From Bigelowiella natans CCMP2755 (Eukaryota > Protista > Cercozoa), in contig ADNK01002523.1 in NCBI GenBank assembly GCA_000320545.1, positions 28,127 to 92,126 of the forward strand: 64,000 bases of DNA. Reading direction: 5' to 3'. The position numbers were made by a program, and so were the translations under genes. Each line of letters starts with the position of its first letter. The first letter of the stretch is position 1. A model generated the notes under the pieces. That model saw nothing but the letters and a program-made list of their open reading frames with translations, was not told the origin of the DNA and searched no databases. Below are positions 55,594-64,000 of this stretch, one piece after another.

Positions 55594-56082
55594 CAGTATC
55601 ACTTCTAACGACAACAACTAAGGACGAAAGGCAGCGGCGAACAGGATGGCAATCATCATCATCATCATTATCATCATCATCAAATCTCACCCTCCTTCCA
55701 CCCTACTCTCCGCTTATTACCTGGGCAATCACAACTTGGTCTCCATTTGTCTCCTTCATGCATCGCAACAGGCTTTTGTAGCCTCTCTGCGTACAGTTGA
55801 GCTTTTCACCGATTTTTCGCGTCGTATTTAACGCCTAGCGTGTGATTCGTGAGGATTCAGAGACGAAAGAAAACACGGACATGGACGGTGAAACTCCTTC
55901 TTTTTCGCAAAACACATCCCTGCCAAACATTGTCGTCGTTGGCAAAACACATCCCTGCCAAACATTGTCGTCGTCGTAGCGTTATAGTTTCTAAGCGTTT
56001 GATCGTAAATGACACCTCATCTACTCAACTCAACTTATTCTACTACTCCTCATAACACGACTCACGTATAGCGAATAAAGGG

Positions 56083-56122
<40 letters not shown>

Positions 56123-57773
56123 CACGTAATTGCCCAAATACATGCGCACTTGCTTACATCCTCAAGCGACATTGCAGACAAGCCACCACTCTGGGAAATC
56201 GCTGCTTGAAACAAGCCGTTGCTCGAAGGAATCACCTATGGCGCCCATATGTTGTGATTGATTGAAACAATAAAAGGATGATGATGAATCATGATATGAT
56301 GGCTATCTTATGCATTAACCCAAAGGATAATAAGACGAACAACGATATGATGACTATCTTATGCAATATTGTCATAACCCCTCCATATTTTCTGTGAGAC
56401 CGCTATTCCTCTGCACGGCACCCAACCAACTGAGCAATTTTTGCTGCTGCTACTACTATCACTACTAGTAACAGTAATTACCGTAAGTAACTCCACATTC
56501 CCAGCACCTGAGCTTTGACCAAAGATACCAACCGTCGCCTCGTTGCCCCTGACAGGCAAATGACGACGAAGATGATGTTCAATCCTCTAGAGCACTTCAA
56601 CAAAGATTTAAAATCGTAAATCACGAAAAAAACACCCACAAAGTGTTTGTCTGTCTGAGACAAGGCCGCAGGACAAAAAACACCGATGTATGTTGTATGT
56701 CCGCACCGTCATTATTATAACACACAATACCCACCCGAAGTGGTGAATCTCTTTGCGCACCCATTTGAGGGCAAGTTGCATGTCGAGGAGAGCAAAGTTC
56801 CCGCTGCTTTTATTCTCTGCTAACTGCTCCTTGAAGGGAAGGAACGCTAAAGGACCCTAAGGAAAGAGGATGAAGAGGAATAGTATAAATCTGTGAGCGT
56901 ACTTATCCGTATTGAAGGCATGATTTTCAAAATTAAATGCTATTGTAGTTACAGCTACTACTATCACAGCAACACTGTACTACCCACCACTCGATAGTTG
57001 AAGCTCGCGATAATCGAGTTTTGAGCCACGGCCATCTGAGGTTGCGGTGGTGGTAGTAATAGTAGAAGTAGTAGTAATTATTGTTGTTGTTAATGGGGGT
57101 TAATAGCGGCAGCAGCGGTGAGAATCCGATATTTATGATTCTACTGTTCGTAACAGACACCTTCGATGTGAACTATTATTATTCAGGGACAACACTATCA
57201 ACCTGGCTAGCATTATAAGGCTCTGCTTCTCCGAAGTCGTTAGAACTAAAAGGAGTGGATGGGAAGAATGAGGGCGTGGAAGAAATAAGCTGAGGATCTC
57301 ATCTCCGTTCTCCTGTTAAACCGTCCATTCAATGAGTCAATTAATTGCACGACTACGCGCGCTGCTAAGGATATTATATACATACCCGCCATAGATGTAA
57401 ACCAAGACTGGGAGACTCGACGCGTTGGTCGCGTTCGATGGCTTCCACACATTCATTACAAGGCAATCTTCCTTTCCTTTACAAACAGCACAAAAACAGA
57501 AAAGATGATGACAATATCAATGTGGTAGGAAGGAGGAAAATTGGGAATAGGGGGCAGGCATGGACAACCGTAGGTAGTGTTGGAAGTCAACGTTTGCAAG
57601 CACGCGGGACCAAAGTACGTTGCATCAAAGGGCTGTTGCGGATAAGGAGCCTCACGAAGTTGAGGTGCTTCAAATCGCTCAGCATATCCAAATGGTATGC
57701 CGAGAAACTCATCAGCTCCATTCGGTAACTGATTTCCTCGAACCTGAGAAGATGAATGAAAAGGACCATTGGT

Positions 57774-57830
<57 letters not shown>

Positions 57831-57956
57831 CGTAGAAGGGGTAAGTGGAATCAAATATGTTACCGTTCCACAGGATGTGCGGGCGAAAGCTGGACGGCTT
57901 GCAGAAGATAAATGAGCGAGGAGGTGGAGGGCCACAATGGACCACATTGACACCAT
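52507..57956 (-). CDS. Secreted type-B carboxylesterase/cholinesterase-family hydrolase, many exons
   Basis: Signal peptide; EFLGIPFG, FGPACLQ, LPVLVYIYG, GNFALLDMQLALKWVRKEIHHFG, IFGQSSG nucleophile elbow, AISQSG, FWTNMGATGNPN, CEFWD. Confidence 0.88.
53982..54067. repeat. Perfect 42-bp tandem duplication inside a carboxylesterase intron; a 35-bp tandem duplication also lies at ~55907-55974
   Basis: atagcaaggaataccgacatcgatcgatatgagttcacaaca x2. Confidence 0.9.
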
Positions 57957-58231
57957 GTTTTTTGTGTTGTGCTGGAAATGACTTTGTTTCATTTATTCTC
58001 CAGGATATTCTTCGAACAAATTATTACGAAGAACAGATTTTTCGAGGCACGACTCCTGATCACTATATTGTCGAAGTAATATCATAGGAATACAACCATA
58101 TTGCTATGACACTAACATGAATTGTCGTTAACCTGAAAAATCATAGTACATGTATTCGTGGATGAGATAAGGTAGTATATCCTACATAAAAAAATCCATT
58201 TCCACATTGTTCGGAGGTGCTGAACAACTCC

Positions 58232-60132
58232 ATGGCTGACGCTGCTGACGAAGACCGCTTGCGCCAGAAGCTCCTGAATCGCTTCAAGACGCGATCTCTT
58301 GGCCGCTTTCAGCGTGCCATGGATGACAGAGGTGGGGAAGCTAGCGAGGTCTTCCATGTGCCAAAGGGATGCGCTGATCACTTACCCGAAAAAGTAAACG
58401 TGGAGGCGGAGGCGAAATCTGCTTCTTCGTCAGTCACTAGGACTACGATAGAGTTGACGTTGAAGAAGAAGAAAAGGTTTGCTATTAATGGCAGCCGCAA
58501 CAGTAGTATTGATGAAATGGCTACAAGCAGCAGCGCAGAAGTGACCAGACGTGCACCCCCCCGCACCAAGCGCGTTCGAACGTCGTATACGTGTCAGAAT
58601 CCCCTTGACCAGTGCCAGGCAGCAAAAGAGATTTCGAGATTGACAGAACACGTTACGGTGCACAACATAGACACACAAGCTAGAAACAATTATGACACTG
58701 GTGTTGTTGTTGTTGATGAAGAAGAAGAAGAAGAAGAAGAAGAAGAAGCAGCAGAGGAGGAGGAGAGAGCCAACAAGGATAAGCAGAAGCTTTATCAGAC
58801 AAATGACGAGCCAGATCCTGGTGCTGTTCAAGACTGTACGGCGACATCATCGTCTTCGTCATCGCTTGCGATGCCCCCTGTTATTGACCGCGATTCAGGG
58901 CGGGCGTGTTGGTGTGCATGGCACGAAAATGAAGCCATGAAAACAGGTGGTGAGAGGAGGAGATTTCCGTTAGGAGAGGTACTACAACCATTTTCTATTT
59001 CATTTGGATGTGAGCTTCCTTTCTCATTATCAAGTTGTGGTTTTTAGGCTCTTCGTCAAATGCATATAACTTGGAGGCGTGAGTATAAGGTTTGTTCGCC
59101 TCATAACATATGTCAACTGCGTCATTTTATCATGTTCTCTCTTCTGTCTCCATTGTTCTCCCCCTTTGTATAGCGCGAGGCCAAAGAGGGAGATGTTGGA
59201 GCAATCTGTATCCTAGGCCAAATGTATTTAGGTTACATCTTTAGTCGCGCATGAAAAGCTAAAAGTTTAAGAGAGAATAGAATAAGAATGAATGACGATA
59301 TTGTTGAAAACAACGAGAATAGCTCTATCTTGCGAGATTAACTCCTAAATGCTTTTTGGCGTTAATATGCGTAAGAGGAATTCAAATTTGGTATTCTCAA
59401 TAACATGAAGTGGGATTCGGTGGGTTGAAGCGCAATGTGAAGAAAGCTTATAAGCATCTCAAGTCAGCGGCAAAAAAAGGTGAGTATTTCTGCCGCCCAT
59501 TTTTTAAATCCCAAATAGCTAGCCAACTTAGGGAGTCCTTGTACTCGTTTAACATTAATTTTAGGCAACTCGACGGCCATATCGCTGCTAGAACAGCTCA
59601 AACAGCATGTAGATCCTACAATTTATGAATTTTTTTGTGTGCGACGAGAAAATTCAGATACACAGTCTGACAACGTGCTCGTCGAGGTTATCCAGCGTCA
59701 GAAATTCGTTTAAGCTATGTTGCTGGCTACCAGTCGACTGGAGTTTTCATAGCAAATTTAGTCATTTATTATGATAGAATTAACTCCAATGTCAATGTGA
59801 TTGAAAATTTGTTCCTAAAACGTTGACTCCCTGATTCTTTTCTTTTTACTTCTCAAATACTGGTTTTTAGGATATAACCCCGCGAAGCAACAAATCTCAG
59901 CTCGACTTTCGAATAGACCATTTCAAACCCTCAGGTGTTGGCAAGGGGGGAGGGGCAAAGAAATACATACAGCAAGAGAAGAGTCTTAGATTGAGCTTTG
60001 TTGTTCTGCCTATCTTCGCAATTTTCTTCATCGTGTCATCATCTTCAAGTCTCATATTTTTGTAACACAGATCGCGTACGGGATCATGGATTAGTTCTTC
60101 CTCAATTGCAATGTCGTCTCATAAATCACTAG
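58232..60132 (+). CDS. Sel1-like repeat protein with disordered N-terminus, multi-exon
   Basis: REAKEGDVGAICILGQMYL|VGFGGLKRNVKKAYKHLKSAAKK|GNSTAISLL; the 3' exons are inferred. Confidence 0.6.
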
Positions 60133-60454
60133 AAATATTACCCATTTGGCATTCCTTTCATGCAACCCTTGAAAAGTTACAACAAAGAAAACAAATTTGG
60201 ACGCATTTTTATGACATGGATTCTGACAGATTTACTTACTTGCATGTGGGTTTTTGCGGGTCTTTCGCATGCTGTCTGGCTCTGATGAGATGTCTAAACT
60301 ACAGTTTGTTTTTACTTGTCAGCGCCATTTAACACCTCGAGCAGAATCGCCCCCACGGCTTCGAAGGGAAACCTTCTTCAATATTAGCAACAGGCAACGA
60401 TGTAGGAGGAACTGTGGTGAACAGAGTGGCACTAGAGCATCATGAATGCGGGTT

Positions 60455-60688
60455 ACAAAGTGGTTCAAGCATCTCCGACAGAATTCAGAATGATCCAGCA
60501 ACTTCGGTGTTGGTGACAACAAAAACTGCATCTGGTGGACATGCTATGCATGTCGATCTTGGCAAATTCTCAAAGCGTTGCAATCTTGCTTCAGCAGGCT
60601 CTGCATGGATTTAGCGCTGAATGTTGGGATTTAGCATCATGTGTTCAATGAAATGCACAACACATGGTGCGCGCGCGTGCACGCGTGT

Positions 60689-60735
<47 letters not shown>

Positions 60736-62219
60736 TGTGTGTGTTTCCAGATCAACAGCTAGCGAACGGTCAGCGTGTCAATTTTTTCCAAGCGGCCAAA
60801 ATGTGTGAATGCATCATTGACATGCCACTTGGTTGATCGAGCAGTCAGTGTGTGTGCATGGCAGTGCGTGTTGCAACGTCGTTTGCCTCGCGTGCACACG
60901 TGCGACGACAAACGTCGTTCGGAAAAAGTCAAAAAAGAAAAGTGTTGTGTGTGAGTGAACAAGAAGTGAGTGAATGCAGTGAACGGTGCAACTGAAACAC
61001 CAGGAGCATTGATGCAATTGACTGGTGGTGTGTGTGCACGTGACCGAAGCAGTTCCAACGTGACCAACTGACAACAAAGAACAGTGCAGTTCAGAGCATC
61101 GTCGGAGAACATTTTGACTCACCCACTTGAGTGAGTGAGGGGTCAATGACGTGCAGAAACGACTTCAATGGTGAAGCTGGCAAGAGCAATGAGACGTGGC
61201 AAATCGTCCACCACCACCTCAATCAACAAAACCACTGTGGGACATGTTCTTTGGCGATTGTGCAACGAGTGGCACGCAGGTTGGTCGCACGTGCAGTCGT
61301 GAGTTCACTCCGACTTCCCAACAAGGTGTCCACAAAGGCAGAGCATCAAAGACAGGTGAAACGCTGAACGCGAGGGAAACAACAAGGTGTGGCTGAACTG
61401 GTCAAACGTTCCTCTTTTTGAGTGGGCGTGAAAAAGAGAGAATTGGCGGGATCGTTGTGCTCGCACCAACTTGCTGCGAAGACGCAAAGCCAGTGAGGTC
61501 ATGAAATCGTCTGCTTGCCGCAGTGATCGAAATTGCATCGTTCATTGTTCTTGAATGCGCACTGTGCAACTCCAAAAGTTGGTTCGCATGTGTTGATGCT
61601 CCCATGTTCGCGCAAGTTTGACATGCATGTAGTCAACATGCAAGCGAGCATGAACCGAGGAAATTAGCAAATTAACTGTGCACGTAGCAGCAGGTGAGGC
61701 GGCACAGGTGCGACAAGCATTGCCGTGACGCTTCAGCCTGCCGCGACAAGGAATGCACACGCATGTCGCACGACAAGGACTAGCCTTGTCGCGGCCTAGA
61801 AACCCAATGCAATCACGTGTGACTGATGACAAGCTTGACACTTGTCAGAGGGCGGTCAACCCTCGCATGATGACATCCCAGTTCAATCTGAACACCGCTA
61901 CCTGCTCGTTTGCTAGCTTTTGCTCACTGCGCGCACATCGCACCGCACCCAGCCCTCCAGTAGCATGTGAGCCTTCTCATCATCATTGTTGTCATTGTCA
62001 TCATTGTCATTCTTGAACGTGCACCACCACTGCCACTGCTGCCACTGCTCCATCCAAAAGTTCATGCAAAAGCTCACTGCTGCTGCCACTCCATCCAAAA
62101 GTTCATGCAAAAGCTCAATGCTGCTACTACTCCATCCAAAAGTTCATGCAAAAGCTCGAAACGCCAAAGAAGATGGGATTCTCGGAGGAAAGATGCTTGA
62201 CAGCGCTCAAAGGTTGTGA
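60455..62219. pseudogene. TpA-eroded decayed region ending in a plus-strand UBA-like exon cut by the LTR
   Basis: ~15 TpA in ~1.77 kb and none in 60762-61629; KLETPKKMGFSEERCLTALKGCD at ~62150-62220 matches the UBA MGF...AL pattern. Confidence 0.6.
62048..62157. repeat. Three copies of a 41-bp-period tandem repeat
   Basis: Core ctccatccaaaagttcatgcaaaagctc at 62048, 62089 and 62130. Confidence 0.9.
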
Positions 62220-62545
62220 TGTTGCGCGTAAGGTGTTCACAGGCCGAGGCGCTACGTGCACAAGTAGGCAGGGGGGGGGAAAGGCACGTTTGCTTCCTTT
62301 TGAAGAGTTGTGTTTATTTTTATTAAAGATTATATTTTTATTAAATCGTGCACTGCGTAATCATTCGCGAAGCTTTCGCGAATGCCGCCGCACGTGGGGC
62401 AGCACACTTCCGGTGTGCTGCCATGAGTCCCGCCGGAACCCACGTGCCTATGCTGTATTAATATCTACGTTATCTATATTCTATATCCGCGACAACCCCT
62501 TTGTTGTCGCACGTGACTTGTGCCCGCGTAGTGGTACGCGCTACA
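62220..62545 (-). repeat. 3' LTR, 326 bp
   Basis: Termini TGTTGCGCGTA ... TACGCGCTACA (10/11 inverted match); minus-strand AATAAA at ~62313-62324; purine tract GGGGGAGG (62546-62553) directly abuts it. Confidence 0.85.
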
Positions 62546-62596
62546 CCTCCCCCAAGTCACGTTGCTCCTTCCTTCCTTCCTTATTCCCTTAGACCT

Positions 62597-64000
62597 TCAT
62601 CGCTTTCGGAACTTCACCAACCACCAGGTAATAGATTCCTCTCTAACCTTATCTCCTTTGTCGCTTACCCAGAACTCACCTTCGTCCTTAGGTTCGTGTC
62701 CATACCAGCCCTCTGCATCAAGGTCCCCCAGGACCTTATACCAGTGCTCAAAGGGTAAGTCGGGAACAGCTAGGTAGAGTAGCTGATATTTTCCGTCCTT
62801 TATTTTCATAGCTACCCTCTCCATATTTCGTAATCCAGGGTAGCCTAGATAGACAATCTTCATGCGCCAATCGTCGTTCACCCTGACCTTATTGTTTCCA
62901 TATTCCACATCGAACTTAGGTCGGGGTCCTAAACAAGGCATTGCTCGCTCCCACACAGTAGGGTTTACTTTAACATCCTCTAGGAGCTTCTCACCGATAT
63001 CATAATTCTTTAGGTGACTGATGTGGCGCAAGGTGACCCTGTTCCCATCATAGATGTAGTACTGCTTCCTCCCCTTCCTCTCGGTAACCTTTGCAACGCC
63101 ACCCCAGAAGGGGTCTTGTTTATTTCTCGATCTCAGATTTACCTTGGCCCTAACATACTGTCCTTCCTTTAGAACTCGGCCATCGTACGGGACCTTCTCG
63201 TCTTCGCTCTCGGTATCGTCGTCGTTGTCGTCGCCTTCTTCCCTCTCCTTATCCTTGATACCTCCCCCAGACGTGAAGGTGTCGTTTACTAACCCTTGTA
63301 TCTTGTCTGGTGTGGTGCTATTTATCCTGCTTAGGTTGGCCAAGGTGCGGTGGAGTCGCTCTACCTTGGAGTTGGACTGGGCATAGTATACAGGTGAGGC
63401 ATCAATATTAGGGTGTGGTAGCTGTAGAAGAGAGGTCTCATTATCCACATGTAACTTCTTTGGTATCTTGTTTATGCTAACTTCATCAGGGATAGCCTGG
63501 AGCTCAGACTCCCAGGTACGGTAGCAGTTAGTAAGCCTCTGCTTATATAAGCCTTTGTTCTTCTTAGCAACGTTGACCTTGATAATCTTTTTAACCCAGC
63601 ACTTTCCAGTGGCCACATCAACGAAGGTAAGGTAGTGATAGCCATCGTACTTATAAACATCAATTTGCACGATATCTAAGAAGTTCCTTGCTTTGATTTT
63701 CTTAGATGCACGGCTCTTGCTGGACTCCTTGGTGGCGACGCCTGCCGCCTTCAAGCTGGAGCACCTGCAGCCACGCAGGTATGTCCTTATCTCTTTTAGC
63801 TTGTAGGGCCAGTAGTAATGGTAGAGTAGAGCAGTGATATGGTTTTCTCCTACGTGTGCAGGTCCATGGGCGGTAAAGAGAAGGGCTCCCCTGGTCCGCC
63901 GTGGCACGTAGGTACGCCTAACATTATTAGTGTATACATATATCCTATCACTAAGTACCTCATGCTTGTGTTTGTATTTATCCAGGTGTTCTTGAAGGTT
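62597..64000 (-). CDS. Pol C-terminus: integrase (HHCC, DDE, SH3/GPY-F-like) plus degenerate adenine-MTase-like tail; frame open to the window end
   Basis: AHGPAHVG...CRC; IVQIDV, LHVDNE, SNSKVERLHRTL; no stop codon between 63907 and 64000. Confidence 0.88.
   Translation of the reverse strand, partial: NLQEHLDKYKHKHEVLSDRIYVYTNNVRRTYVPRRTRGALLFTAHGPAHVGENHITALLYHYYWPYKLKEIRTYLRGCRCSSLKAAGVATKESSKSRASKKIKARNFLDIVQIDVYKYDGYHYLTFVDVATGKCWVKKIIKVNVAKKNKGLYKQRLTNCYRTWESELQAIPDEVSINKIPKKLHVDNETSLLQLPHPNIDASPVYYAQSNSKVERLHRTLANLSRINSTTPDKIQGLVNDTFTSGGGIKDKEREEGDDNDDDTESEDEKVPYDGRVLKEGQYVRAKVNLRSRNKQDPFWGGVAKVTERKGRKQYYIYDGNRVTLRHISHLKNYDIGEKLLEDVKVNPTVWERAMPCLGPRPKFDVEYGNNKVRVNDDWRMKIVYLGYPGLRNMERVAMKIKDGKYQLLYLAVPDLPFEHWYKVLGDLDAEGWYGHEPKDEGEFWVSDKGDKVREESITWWLVKFRKR

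Larger units (their letters stand above)
62220..64000 (-). mobile_element. Ty3/Gypsy-type LTR retrotransposon, 3' portion (continues beyond the window)
   Basis: Integrase is the last pol domain, followed by a PPT and an LTR with inverted termini. Confidence 0.88.

Noticed and set aside
62048-62157. Repeat-spacer pattern resembling a mini CRISPR array
   Set aside because: The 13-bp spacers are homologous to each other, the context is eukaryotic and there are no cas genes; it is a simple tandem triplication.
60455-62219. CpG-methylation decay or classical RIP as the cause of the TG/CA excess
   Set aside because: CpG remains frequent here (cgcg, acgtcg, tcg) while TpA is what is missing; C->T processes would leave or raise TpA.
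60414-62219. Many overlapping 60-120 aa ORFs on both strands
   Set aside because: Loss of TpA removes TAA/TAG stops and artificially lengthens ORFs; the same applies at 17.7-18.9, 24.8-25.7 and 45.9-46.6 kb.
1-64000. tRNA, rRNA or snRNA genes and telomeric repeats
   Set aside because: None recognised by eye; a covariance-model scan would be needed to exclude small RNAs.

Overview
Gene-dense, intron-rich nuclear DNA of a microbial eukaryote. It uses the standard code and short GT-AG introns full of microsatellites; the style suggests a rhizarian/chlorarachniophyte-like protist, but that is inference only. About 19 genes lie in near-perfect strand alternation: a hypothetical gene, DUF179/AlgH, CRAL-TRIO, AP-2 mu, a TBC RabGAP, rolling-stone-like, DUF2009, an UNC93-like MFS, a HAD hydrolase ending in SKL, an ankyrin protein, a small Cys-rich secreted protein, a second hypothetical gene, XPO1/CRM1, RBX1, a SAP-like/Tudor-like/PWWP/caspase-like fusion, eIF3b, a weak membrane-protein gene, a carboxylesterase and a Sel1-like protein. 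The window ends in the 3' part of a Ty3/Gypsy-type LTR retrotransposon whose integrase carries a degenerate DIRS-type adenine-methyltransferase-like tail. The most striking signal is a directional TpA->TpG/CpA (A:T->G:C) erasure, concentrated in decayed gene slots and tail-to-tail spacers. Evidence: TpA-free runs of ~566 and ~868 bp, fossil microsatellites in which every TAT unit became CAT or TGT and every TAC unit CAC or TGC, surviving TpA concentrated in CTAG, intact (TA)n in introns of live genes, and an abrupt end at the young LTR. It resembles RIP run in the opposite direction, acting on adenine or thymine. All counts and exon structures were done by hand and need computational confirmation.
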